DNA of 64,000 nucleotides, taken from Lama guanicoe (Eukaryota). Of the stretch, positions 50,260 through 62,639 are shown in pieces; position 1 is the stretch's first letter; each line of letters starts with the position of its first letter. The DNA is taken from the NCBI GenBank assembly GCA_013239625.1, contig MU053934.1, forward strand, positions 1,209,285 to 1,273,284. Reading direction: 5' to 3'. The notes beneath the pieces were generated by a model that had not been told where the DNA came from, ran no database searches, and saw nothing but the letters and a program-made list of their open reading frames with translations. Both the position numbers and the translations under genes were made by a program.

Positions 50260-50470
50260 GAAAACAATAACAAAGGCACGTCTGCACGCTGCCATGTGCC
50301 AGCACTCCTTTACATGCCTTACATGCATCATTCCATTTGGAACCCCCATCACTCTTGGATGATTTCTATTTTACAGATGAGGAGTCAGGTCACAGAGAGG
50401 GATAAGCTGCCTGATGTCACCCAGCTGACAGGGAACAGAGGCAGATCTTTCAAGTTAGGCCTGTCTGATT
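50260..50470 (-). mobile_element. MIR
   Basis: 'atgtgccagcact...attttacagatgagga...cagagagggataagctgcctgatgtcacccagct'. Confidence 0.75.
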
Positions 50471-53166
50471 CCTCAGCGGTCCCAGAGGTGGCCGCCTGGC
50501 GGGCAGCACCAGTGGAGAATGTCTCCGCTGGAATTTCTAACACCCACCACCCTAGGGCCGTGCTCCAAGGGTCAGGGGTCTCACAGCAACAGTGGGCACG
50601 AGGCCATCTGCCCTGGCTGCTGGGAGCAGTTTGCATCTGCCAGGCGAGCCTGGGAGGAAATCCTAAGCTTTTTACTAAGAAGGTTTTGGAGGGTTAAGTT
50701 CTCAGTCTCGATGGGTTTATCGGAGAATTTCCCTTCACTAGAAGGTGAATGGTAGAATAAAGTCAAACCGGTGGGTAGCCCCACTGAGCATGGAGTCCAG
50801 GCTTGATTCAGGCTCCAGGGGAGGAGCAGAGAGCAATCAGGGTGGTGGAATGGGAGGCTGAAGGGAACGACCTGCTTCCTGGGGGCTGCTTCCGGACAGG
50901 GTGAGGAGGGCACCCCCAGGCTGATGGCTTCTGCCTATGAATTTGGACCTCACAGTGATCTTTCCCCTCCCCAAACACGTCCTTGACATGTACCATATTA
51001 GTGTGTATTAAAAATTGCATGTCAGGGTTTTCTTAACTACACATGTTCTTCTGACCTCGCCTGCCAGTTCTCAGCAGGTCCTAATCGCCCGGTGCAGCTG
51101 ATCCTGCAGATGTACCCTTTGTCTCTGCTCATCCAAGGTCAGCAGAGAACTGGGGAACAGTCCCTGGCCTTCTCAGGAGCCTTTGCACCAAAATCTGCCC
51201 ATGGAGATCCTAAGTAGCTGCTTGGAGTCAGCAGGGAATGTCTTTTTAGTTGAAGGAGCCAGCATCTCACCCTTGAAAATCTATTACCACCAGACTGTCT
51301 TAAATATCTGTTTATCAAAAGGGATGAGAAGGGAGCTCCATTACTCCCAGTGGCTCATTCAGAAGCAAGAGGTACGTCTCCCAGAACATGCTCAAGGTTC
51401 TCAGCTCCAGCCTGAATGGCTCTGTTTCTCTTAACGTGCTTAACTCAGCCCTTTCTTGTGGTCAAAAGTTGGGAAGGAGAGTTCATAGATGATTTGTGAG
51501 CTCTCAGAGCAGAGCAGACCTGTGCCTTCCCCTCCAGTGTCCCCTGGAGAATTTGCAAGTCTTTCAGAGCAGCTAATCCCAGCAAGGTGTGAGAGTGATG
51601 ATTTAGCAATGGCAGAAGGAGGAATCTTGCTGGATGGGCCCCAGAGTGGCCTTGTAGAGTGGAACCCTATATACTCCAACGTGGTGGAAGGAAGGACCCC
51701 AAGAGTTTCAAAGCCATCAAGGGGAAAGCGGAAGTGCTAAGAGAGGGTAGATGACCCCAAAGTGCTTGGGCTCAGGACAAGGAGGTCACAAAGAGCATAA
51801 TCTTTCAACAGGAGGCAAGGTAGGACCACCAAAGCAAATGTCAACACATGGTGACTGACAAAGACCAACTTAGCTAAGACATTTCATCAGAAGTCAGAGG
51901 GTGATCATGGACCAGAGGCCCCACATTCTTCTGATGCCCATCCTCTGAGGAGATGCAGAAGAAAAAAGAGAAGGCAAGCATCCAGAATTAATGGTATATC
52001 TATCCCAAAGAGACTGAATTTTAAACAAGACTTGGCTGAGCCCACTTGGCTTTGCAAGATTAAGTTCTCCACTGTCCCTGGAATTAGGGACATGAGAGCT
52101 AAGACTCTCTTTTATACAGAAATAAAGCAATCTAGCATTGCTTACAAACCTGAGTTTTCAGGATGGTTGTGACTCTGAAAATTCACCCACACCCCCTCCC
52201 CCAACACTTGCTAGTAACCCCTCCTCCGACACTTTCTAGTAACATTGCCAAGGGAAAAGAACAGCCACACAGACAAGTTCATTGCAATACCATAGTTTAG
52301 CTGCTTTGAGCCTTGGAGAATTGGGGTAAAAATTAGAAGCAGCCCCTATATCAAATGGCACCACTCCCAAACCATTACATTTCCTCCAGTATTTGGAAGC
52401 AGGTCATGGAATTGGCAGCCATTTCCCTTCAACTTGCAACAGGATGTAACTACTGATGTCTTTCAATGCAGCCAACTCTGGGTTTTCATCTATTTTCACT
52501 TACTCTGTCAAAGAAGAAGTCCTATTTTGCAAGTCCCATTGGGAAAGTTCACTGGCCATCCACATCTTCGAAATGATGAATAGTTTCATTGCCAAGCAAA
52601 ATTTCACTTAGAGGGGAAAACAATGGTTCTCAGGGCACAAAAAGAATACCTTGGTTGCTGGAAACACATCTGGGTTAAAGGGAACCATTTTTCTCCCTCT
52701 CACAGCATTCCCACCTAGGCTCATAAAATAATCACTTTTGCCCCTTCCTTCCACATTCTTCTTTATCTCCTTGATGGGTGAGGAAGTGTTGAGCTTCCAT
52801 TGGTCCACTTTTCTCTACAGAGCAGAGGATAAAGTGTTTTTACCCAGTCACTCCTTTTTGTTTCTTTTTCTCTGGCCACCCACCTACACAAAACACACAT
52901 ATGTTTAAAGTTCCTGCAGGGGGACATCGCTGTTCCAGATGGTTGCTTTAATTCCAAGGGCTAGGGGGTTGTAGACAGTCTGTTCAGACTACAAAAGCAA
53001 GCCAAGCCTCCATTCCAATTTCACCAGTAATAAAGGCTGGTATTTGATCTGCCCCATTTGAGTCCCACGTACTTCTCTCAATTGGTTGTAAACTCAGAAG
53101 TGGGAAAAAGAGTATAATTTATTGGCCCCCTTAAGCCATAAAAGAGCTGGTTTTGTGCTTTGTGAA

Positions 53167-53706
53167 TGTGGTAAATTAGAAAAATGGCCATAAATTCTCC
53201 TCCTGCCTGTATCTACAGCCTCACAAGGTGGCTCTTCTCAGTGATAGTTGGCTTTTTGGTCCATGCCTTGACTCTGGGCTGACCATGTGACTTGACTTGG
53301 ACCTGCAGGATATGAGCAAAGGTGACATACAAAAACTTGAGAAGAAACTTGGGTTTGCTCTCACAGACTTGCTCCGTGGCTTTTCTTGGAACCCAGATAC
53401 CATGTGAACAAGCTCAGGCTAGTCCGCTGAAGAATAAGAGACCAGGTGGAGAGAGGGCTCAGACATCCCAACCCTGGAGACCAAGCTGGCCATCACAAAC
53501 CAGCTGGTCTTACCAACCCACCAGCATTAATGCAGAAGCATGAATGAGCCTGGAAGACATGAACAGAGCCTGGTCCCGATCAGAAGAACCCCATGCAAGC
53601 CCTTCCCAAAATGCCAACTGAGAAAATCATAAGTCAAACTAGTGGCTGCTTTAGAAGACACTAACTTGTGGGGTAGTTTGTCACAGAGCAATAGAGAACT
53701 GATGCA
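53167..53706 (+). mobile_element. MLT1H-like solo LTR
   Basis: Starts tgtggta, ends 'gcaatagagaactgatgca'; perfect TSD gtgaa at 53162-53166 and 53707-53711. Confidence 0.85.
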
Positions 53707-54938
53707 GTGAAGAAAGAAGTGGCAGATGGCATCTCTACATCACTGTGCTTGAGTGTCAGACCCAGCCAATCGGCCTCAGAGAAGGTCCTGCTGCTGGCCT
53801 CACCTTGAATCATCTTCTCAATATGTTTTATCAGGAAAGAGAAGCAGACTCTGAAGCCCTTCTCAAGAAAGGTTTACCAGCGTTTAGAGGATGAGTCTTG
53901 AAGCACCTGACTGAACTTTTGGCAGATAGTCACATTTTTTGCAGACTAAAGTCGACCCCCCCACCCAGAGTAATCAGACAGGGATAAATTCTTGGTGGAC
54001 ATGTTCAGCAAGTTGGAAAAAGCAACAGTGAGAATTCAAGCCCAACATTGACCATTATGGATGTTGCCCAAAAGCCCCAAGCTTTTCAGCCATTTTCACT
54101 GTTCTGGAAGAGCTGAGAGGTGAAAAATTATCCAGTTTCCCAGCTCAGAAGAAAGGCATTTGTAGACTGTGGTCCACAGTGACAAAACCTTGTCAGTTGC
54201 TCTGCAAGCAGAAATCTGTAGACACCTGGAAATGGGGTGGAATTCTTTGGATGTTTACCATTGTGTAGGCAGCCTTACAATTGAACTGGAGTCGTAATCC
54301 TCAGCTTGCTGACACAGACAGCATCGAGAATGCAGAGAACTTGCCAAAACTGACCCCATTAGCTCTTGGACAAAGGGGACTATACAAAACAAATTAAACT
54401 CAAAGGTCTTAGGGAATTCTGGGACTCCTTGACACACGTCTGACCGTGTCTAGCAAAGTGAGCTCCGGGAATGGTGATGTAGTTTGTTACTTATCTGTGG
54501 GAGCCACAGTGTGGGGGACCTGATGCCAACAAAAGAAGGCTGAAATTGATTAGATAGCAAAAAAGATATTGTCATGCAAAGACAGCTATGAAATTTTAAT
54601 TTCTTACTTAGTCAAATGACAGCAGGCTTCTTGCTGGAATTTACATTTCAGCAGAATTTAAATTTGCCTCTTGTATTCATTTGCAAAATTTGGATTATTG
54701 CTTTTTTTTTTTTAAGGAAGTGGCCATTAATGTCTTGCAGGGAAAAAAAACAAAAAATAATTCTTTGTAAATCTTTTTACAGCCTGTCCATCTGAAGGAA
54801 ATCGAAGTCCCACACGAGATAAATCACAAGCAAAATTTCATTTGTGTGTATTTCCATGTGCATCAGGAACAACAGCTTTCATCGGATGGTCAGAAGGGGA
54901 AAAAGCATTAAAAATCATTGTCTTAGAGCAAGAGTGGG

Positions 54939-55071
54939 ACAATATGAAGAGGAATATGTATATATGCATAATGAATCATTATGCTGTACACCAGAAATTA
55001 ACACAACATTGTAAATCGACTGTACTTCAATTTGAAAAGAAGGAAAAGAAAAACAAAAGAGGAAAAAAAGA
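54939..55071 (+). mobile_element. Very short L1 3' end
   Basis: 'gctgtacaccagaaattaacacaacattgtaaatcgactgtacttcaat' plus A-rich tail; TSD aagagtggg at 54930-54938 and 55072-55080. Confidence 0.85.
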
Positions 55072-55539
55072 AAGAGTGGGGAAGAATACAGCAGATAGAA
55101 AAAAATAATAGAGGGCGGGATTTTTTTTCTTTTTGCCACTTACTAGTGGTATTATTTAAGGAAAATAAAATATGTCTGAGGTTTGTTAGTAAGAACGTGG
55201 TTCATAATGCTTATTAAATAGGGGAATTATAAGGATTTGGTGAGATCAGATACTTGCCTTGCATACAGCAGGCACTCAGTAAATTGCAGTGCCCTTTTTG
55301 CCCCCTAATTAAACCCTCTGCATTATATTCAAAACCATTCACAAGCTGGGCCTAACTCAGATTCACAAGGACTTCATCCACCCTGACTCACTCCATATAT
55401 TTTTGTCTTACATCCCAGCAACCCTGGGAACTAGCTTCCAGCAAGTTCCTTAACTTTTTTACCTATAAAATAAGTACCTGCTGCATGGAATCATCAAGAA
55501 GATTAAATGAGACTGTGTATGTAAAGTCCTGGGAATACT

Positions 55540-55981
55540 AGAATGAGTTTGGGAGTGTTCCCTCCTCTTCAGTCTTTTGGAAGAGTTTGAGAAGGATCGA
55601 GATAAGTTCTTTGTAAGTTTGGTAGAATTCCCCAGTGAAGCCACCTGGGCCTGGACTTTTGTTTGCAGAGAGTTTTTTTGTATTTCCGTGGTATAGGTTG
55701 CAATTTCCCCTCTTTCATTTCTTATTTTGTTTATTTGGATCCTCTCTCTTTTCTTCTTGCTGAGCTTAGCCAGAAGTTAGTTGATTTTGTCTGGGTCTTA
55801 CTGTACAACACAGGGAACTATATTCAATAGCTTGTAATAACCTATAATGAAAAATAATATGGAAAAGAATACATCTATTATATATACGTATAGCTGAATC
55901 ACTATGCTGTACACTGGAAACTAACACAACATTGTAAATCAACTATATTTTAATAAAATTAATTAATTAATTAGATAAAAA
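55540..55981 (+). mobile_element. 5'-inverted L1 insertion inside a MIR
   Basis: 55540-~55792 is antisense ORF2 ([18 protein letters not shown]...GTLPNSF); ~55794-55981 is sense 3' end; TSD taaagtcctgggaatact / taaagtctgggaatagt. Confidence 0.85.
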
Positions 55982-56099
55982 TAAAGTCTGGGAATAGTGC
56001 CCTGTGTATAATAAGCACTCAATGAATGTTAACTAGAGATAAGACTTAGCCTCCTCTTCACTGTTGTTGGAGACTAGCCTCCTACCTCACCCTGACCTC

Positions 56100-56405
56100 T
56101 CCCTTCTCCATGTCGTCATATATACCATTTTATTCTCTGCTTTTCTAAATCCTGCTCATCCTTAAATGCCAAGTCACTCTTCCCTCTCAGGAATGGTTGC
56201 CTTCCCTGGGTTAGCATGGTGCCTTCCACATGCCTCTCCCTGCTCATGTATTACCATGTTATGGTCACTTGGTCATCTGTCTGTCTCTCCAGCTCACCTG
56301 AGCTTTTAAGGGCAAGGATGGTGCTTTATTCATTTTTGTATCCCCAGGACCCAGCAAAAAACCTGGCTCATTGCAACTGCTCAGTGAATATTTACTCAAC
56401 TGAGA
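56100..56405 (+). mobile_element. L2 3' end
   Basis: 'gagcttttaagggcaagga...ttattcatttttgtatccccagg...gctcagtgaatattt'. Confidence 0.7.
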
Positions 56406-56482
56406 GAAAGAGCAAATGCATGCCTCCTATTTCCTTCCAAACAAATCACAACCCTTGTTGGATTTCTTTATTAATTGCCACT

Positions 56483-56965
56483 GTTTTAGTTTTAGTGGGG
56501 GAAAAAAACTGATTTAAACAGGTTTAGACAAAGAGGGAATGTATCTTCGATTAAGAAATCCAGGTGGCTGGCTTCTGGCATAGCTGGATACAGGTACCCT
56601 ATCCATCTTTAGCCTCTGCTTTCTTCTGTGCTGGTTTCATACTGATGTATATGTACGTATATACATGTACATATGATATATACATATGTGATGTATTCAT
56701 CCCCCCCTTGGTGGCAAGATGCCCACTGGTGACCTGACTAGCATCCTTCCAACCTGCCAGTCCCAATGCAGAGTTTCTCCTTCCCAATAGCTCCATAAAT
56801 GTCCCCAAATTGCAATTCATTGGCCTGATACCCACCCTTGGAGAAAGGTAGGAGGACCCCCACATGCTCTAAGTGACAAGTAGCTTCCCCATGGAAGTGG
56901 GGCACGCTTACCAAAAGAAGGGGGGATGGATGCTGAACAGACGGAGACATATACCTCTCTCATAG
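56483..56965 (-). mobile_element. MLT1K-like LTR
   Basis: 'ggcttctggcatagctggatacagg', 'gtggcaagatg', 'ttaccaaaagaagggggatggatgctg'. Confidence 0.7.
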
Positions 56966-59164
56966 GTTCCCCATCCGGTTTTCCAGTCCTGCTTGCTTTT
57001 AAACCCTCACCTGGAGACCTGGGCTTCCACCAATGCCTCCCACCTGCTTCTTCAACAGCAGTTTGTGAATGGCCTCTCCCATACAGTGTGTGACATGTTG
57101 AGGAGACCCACTAGCCATACTCAGCCCTCCTGTGAACTATTCTGTTATATGAGCCTTCCCAGGCTGTCCTGTGTCATAAATGTGCAGCTTCCTGCTCACC
57201 GTCAAGTTTCGGTTGGAGGGCCCAAATCCAAGACATACGTTCCCTTCTCTGGTACAGAACCAAGGAAGAAATAAGCCAAAGATGCAGGTAGCAAGAATTT
57301 AAAATATCACCTTCACCACTGATACAGCTGTTGGAGAACAAGGCTTAGGTGAGTGGCAACAATTGTTGTCCTGATGGCACACCCCAGAATTGGGCAGACC
57401 TGCCTACCTGGTCACAAACAGTGCTGGACACCTGTAGGTGGAGCCTGTCCCAGAAAGAAACCTACAGCATGGAGGAGTAGGGAGGATGTGTTTTCTGCAG
57501 GCAGGGAGAACAAAGAGAAAAAGAGGAAGGGGCCAAGTCAAGGATGCCCAGTTCCTTCTCCAAACTAACCAACCAGGTAGGTCTCTGCTCTCCAAGAGAA
57601 AGAGTAATGGGATGCGAGAGAGGCCTGAGGTATCACTCCAAACAGAAGCCCTTTTGTGGAGCTAAGTGTCCCCAACTGCCAGCCTGGTCTGACTTCTTTG
57701 TGCATTTCTGGAGCTGTCATTCTGAAAACAAATCCACCCCTTCCCAGCCGTGCATTCTTCACTGCCAGTCTGAGGTAACTGATGGGGATGTTGTCGCTCT
57801 TGGAAATGAGCAACTTCTACATTTCGGACATCCCCAGGAAGAGCCCACCTCACATTCTGAAAATGGCAGGATAGGGCCTGGGAGAAGAGGGATGGGAAGG
57901 GGGCAAGTAGTTGACCCATTAAACCAACTTGATGGCAGTTCTTTTTGTCTTCCAGAAAACAAAGTGCACAGACTGCCAAACGTTTCTGCTGACTCTTGGC
58001 TTCTCTGCTTTTACTTCTAGTGCTATTGTTCGCCCTTGGGATTTATGGTAATTCTTACTCCCTAAAAGATATCTCTGTAAGAATGCCCATAAATTTAGGA
58101 AGCACTGTTTCGATTTTCCTCACTAATTATTTTCCCTCTCAGTTATTTCCCATCAGCAATTTTTTAAAGTCAGAAGATGTTTCCTAGATGCAACGGGGTC
58201 TGAGACACAGGGCAGTGGGATTCTGTAAACATGTAATTAAGGGTAAATCAGGCAATTGCATTGACAGAGAACCTATTATGCACAGAGACCCAGGGGGAAA
58301 AAAAGTGGAGCCTGAACTTGAAGAGATAGTCATTCCCAAAGCTACTTCCCATGAATACAAGATGATTTAGCAAAGCAAGAACTCTTTAAGACAGCAATTT
58401 TCGTTGAGAATACTTCCCACTACATTGGACAGGGTCCTCATGATGAGGAAGGGAGTCAATTCTTTCTTTTCTCTGTACAGGGAAAATCTAAGCTTCCAGA
58501 GATAAATTATTTTGTTTTCAACTCATGGACCATGAAAATCTTACAAACTAATCACATTTTCCCTTCTTATTTTGGCTGCCAGGAAGCTCAATGCCAATAT
58601 TCAACCCTTATCTAGCAATTTTATAGGACCTTGTAGCAGGCATTTTATATACTAGCCTTAGTTTTATTTGATTTTCCAATCTTCATTGTCCCTCAGCCCC
58701 GATTTTTTGTCCAGTTATTGTAGCCTGCTCACTGTGTTACATGCTCCCTGGCCTCCACTCAGCCACAATTTTAGAAAGAAGTTCCATCTACCTTCTTCTG
58801 CTTCTCCACTCAGATGGCAGGTGGAATCATAGAGAACATGAGACCACAGACATTCCATGCATGTGGGAAGCATGCTGTCTTGTGTGTCACTGTCTCATAG
58901 GCCTGGCATGTGGTTGGCACTCAATGAAAATGTGTCCATTGAATAAACTCCTTAACAGGGATGGTTCTTCAGTAACCTGGTTCTCTGTTGGGTCCTCTCT
59001 GGCTTCCCATTATCTTTGGTGAAATGGTGCTTGAGAAGGCAGAGAAAACTCCACAGCCTTTACTGAGCACAGCTGTAACATCAGCGAGCCCTCGGCCTAT
59101 TGGACTGGCCAGCATACCAGTGGGACACACTGGTCCCATATTTCTTTATGATTTTGCAGAACTT

Positions 59165-59395
59165 CATAATGCAGCACACGGGCTCCAGAGCCAGATATCC
59201 TGAGTTTATATCCCAGCTCCACTACTTGGCATCTGTGTGACCATTGGTAAGTTACAGAAACACCCTCAGCCTCATTTTCCTCATCTGTACAATGGGAATA
59301 ATAATTGTAGCAACTGAATAGGACTGTTACGATGGCAGTTTGAGCCAAAATATGTACCTGGCATATAAGTATTAAATATGTTAATCATTATTATT
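59165..59395 (+). mobile_element. MIR (near full length)
   Basis: 'gggctccagagccaga...atcccagctccactactt...tgtgtgacc...gcctcattttcctcatctgtacaatgggaataataat'. Confidence 0.85.
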
Positions 59396-60119
59396 TCTAT
59401 CTTGAGACATGATCAGCTATGACCCATATCTGTCTGGTGAGACTTTGTTCTATGGAGTGGCACAGACGCTGGGACCTGTGGGCAAGCTGGCAGGGGACTG
59501 GGAGTGGCAATACAGGGCATGGAAACAGAGCAAGCTTGAGAGAAAAGGAAGAAGTTTCGTATGGCAGCTAGAATGGGGCACAAATGGGGATGAGGTCCAA
59601 AAGGACAGGAGTACACCAGCAGAGCATGAATCTGGAGGGTGTAGCCCAGCACAGAAGGGAGTAAAATGTGGTCCCTGCCTCAGGTAAGCTCCTGGGCTAT
59701 GGGAGCAAAAACAGAGCTGGGGTTCTGCGTGGCAAGTACCACAATGCAAGTAATCTGCAGAGTATAATGGGGCACACAGGCAGGAGTCATCACATCAGCT
59801 CTCCCCTGGAGCCCAGGAAGGCATCACAGAGGAGGGAGCACTTGATCTGGGTCTTGACAGCTGAGAAGAAGTTCCCAGGAAGCATGTTGGACCTGGCGGG
59901 GTAGACCCCAGAGACCCTGTGAAGTCCATGAGGTCTGTCTCTCTGCTAATTGTCACTCTGCTTCCCCAGTCAACCCTCCTCCAGCCACCAGGTCTGCCAA
60001 TTGTCCCCCTGTCTCCTTGACATCCCCTTTCAAACGGTGCCTTTCATCTGAAACACCTTTGAAGCTCGCCAGGCTAGCTCTCTTCCACTGTTCAAAGAAA
60101 CTCCTGAAAATGCTACCTC

Positions 60120-60530
60120 TTGGCGCTGAATGGGCTCTCTGATCCATCGCTGGTGGGAGGTTAAATTGGTGTACCCTTTGGGAGAGTAATTTCGAAAATG
60201 GTTTTAGAAGTCTTTTTTAAATGACTGTGACTTTATTATTCTAAATCATCTTGTGTTTGGAAACCTACTCCAAGAGAGAGATCCTAAATTTGGAAGGGAA
60301 AAGAAAAGCTTTCTATGTAGATGTTCACTATGTACACTGGTAATATTAAGAACAACCGAGATGTTCGATTATAAGAAAGGAATATTTTACATTTTTCCAC
60401 ATGGTGGATTATTATATAACCATTTCAAAAGGTGTTTCCTTAGACTATGTAAGAGCTCACGGAAATAGTGCTAAAATAATGTTAAGTGAGATAGGCTTTC
60501 AAGAGTTATCGGCAAAATGATCACAACTGT
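60120..60530 (+). mobile_element. Very old L1ME-type 3' fragment
   Basis: 'gctggtgggaggttaaattggtgtaccctttgggagagtaattt...ataatgttaagtga'. Confidence 0.6.
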
Positions 60531-60950
60531 GCCAAAAAGAATTCTATGCCTTTGCCATTTCGTGACCAAGGCTGAAAATGGTTAGGGAGCATGTCGTGGG
60601 CTGCATTGCTGCATCTTGGGGAGTGTTTACTGGTGAAACACAGAAAGCAATGGTGCTGTATTTTTAAAAGGATTTTAAATGCCCCTTCCATTGCTGCAGC
60701 TAGTCTTTCCCCTGCACCGACCCTCACCCTACACAGGGAATACAGGCTTGGGTCACCCAAGGCATGGAAAGAGGCAGAGACTGGAAGTCAGAGAGAAACA
60801 GAACTGTAGCAGCACTAAAGCACTGCCAGTGACAGGAAACTCGCAGAGGCGGTACATCATCCACGGAAATCAGCTGACGGAGATTCGAATCTTTTTTTTA
60901 AGCTGTACATATTTAATGTGTACAGCCGATGCCTTTGGAAATAAGCATAT

Positions 60951-61240
60951 GAGCCTGGAAAACAAGAGACTCAGTGAAAGAAACCAGACCTAGGAGGACA
61001 AATGCTCCATGATCCCACAGAGATGAGGTATCTAACAGTCAAATTCATGGGAGCAGAGCGGAATAGGGGTTGCCAGGGGCTGGGGGGAGGAGGAAACAGG
61101 GAGGAGTCAGTCAGAAGGTGCAAAGATTCAGGTATACAAGAGAAATGCACAGTGCACAGAGCTGACAATACTGTCTTGTACACTTACACACTTACTAAGA
61201 GGATAGATCTTGTGTTAAGTGTTCCAATAACAGCAACATA
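60951..61240 (+). mobile_element. L1MA/MB-type 3' fragment
   Basis: 'ggacaaatgctccatgatcccac...ggttgccaggggctggggg...ctaagaggatagatcttgtgttaagtgttc'. Confidence 0.75.
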
Positions 61241-61925
61241 ATTCACCCTTTAAAAGAACTTGCAGCGAGTCCCTAAGCAAAGACTAAGAATGATCTCACC
61301 TCAGTGAGAAGGTGTAAGAACTTGAGCCAGATGCTCCGATAAGGAGCAATGTGGAAGCCCCAGGAGAGAGCCCGCACGTGTCTGAAGACCCAGGATGTCA
61401 ATGGCATCTGAAACTAGACCGAGCTCCCAACCAGCCCAGGGAAGAGCTCACACCAGCTCCTCAGTGTGGAAACCAGAGGTGATAAAGGAATCTGCTCTCT
61501 GGTGTTTGTCTCTTTCATGTATAAGTAAATGTTATGTACCTTTTATTCCAGAATTTAGGTTAAGTCATTTTGTTATTTTTATCTTTGAAAACAGAGAACA
61601 AAGCCTTTCAAGTTCTAGATAGATAGATGGGTAGATAGACAGAGACAGTTTGAATTATTAGAGGCAAGATCAAGTTCCATAAAATGACAAAAGCAAGCAA
61701 AGCATAAAAGCAGGTCCCCTTACAGACTGTGGCTTTTAAAATGCTTATTTACACTGGGTGTAATAAATTAACATGCATATACACACAGGAGGGAAAAGGT
61801 GGCTAGAGAAATGTATTAGGATGTTAACAGAGATTGATTGTCTCTGAGTGATGAAACTGGGTGATTTATTTTATTTTTCCATTTTTATGAACTATACCAA
61901 TTTTTGTTACTTTTCATGTATTCCT

Positions 61926-62205
61926 TTCTTTTTTTACTTTTTAACCATTTAACTGAAGTATAGTTAATTTACAGTGTTGTGTTAGTTTCAGGTGTACAGC
62001 AAGGTGATTCAGTTATATATATGTTCTTTCTTAGATTCTTTTCCATTATACTTTATTACAAGATATTGAATAGTTTCCTGGGCTATACAATAGATTCTTG
62101 TTGTTTATCTATTTTGTACATACTAGTGTGTATATGTTAATCCCAAACTCCTAATTTATCTCTCCCCCTGACCCCGCTTTCCCCTTTGATAACCGTAAGT
62201 TTTCT
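61926..62205 (-). mobile_element. Short L1 3' end
   Basis: 'tgaagtatagttaatttacagtgttgtgttagtttcaggtgtacagcaaggtgattcag...aatcccaaactcctaatttatc'. Confidence 0.85.
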
Positions 62206-62483
62206 CCCTGGTGACCTTATACCTTTATAACGTGGACAAATGGGAATCTTACAAAGCCATGCCACGTGGATTAAGACCGTGAGTTTGGAATGACACTGCT
62301 GGGTTCAACTTGCAGCTCTTCTGCCTTTAAGCTATACTTCTTTGGTCAAATTATATACATTTCTGTATTTCAGTGACCTCAGTCATAAAATAGGAATAAT
62401 CATTGAGCCAATCTCTTAGTGTTGTTTATGCAGTTAAATAATTTAATACATATAAAGCAGTGTCCTTATATATATCATATATA

Positions 62484-62639
62484 CAGATGACATAATTCCC
62501 TACATAGAAAATCCCAAAGAATCAAACAGAAACCACCTGGAACTAACAAATGATTATAGCAAGGTTGCAGGATACAAGGTTAATACACAAAAGCCATTTG
62601 TATTCCTATATACCAACAACAATTAGAATAAAATTAAAA
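62484..62639 (+). mobile_element. Internal L1 ORF2 RT fragment inside a MIR (~62260-62675)
   Basis: Translates DDIIPYIENPKESNRNHLELTNDYSKVAGYKVNTQKPFVFLYTNN; flanked by catatata at 62476-62483 and 62640-62647. Confidence 0.8.

Noticed and set aside
51489..51740. 83-aa ATG ORF that looks protein-like (..WNPIYSNV..)
   Set aside because: No recognisable homology or convincing splice signals; the length is expected by chance.
58200..58480. Possible additional L3/CR1 fragment
   Set aside because: Similarity is too weak to support by eye.
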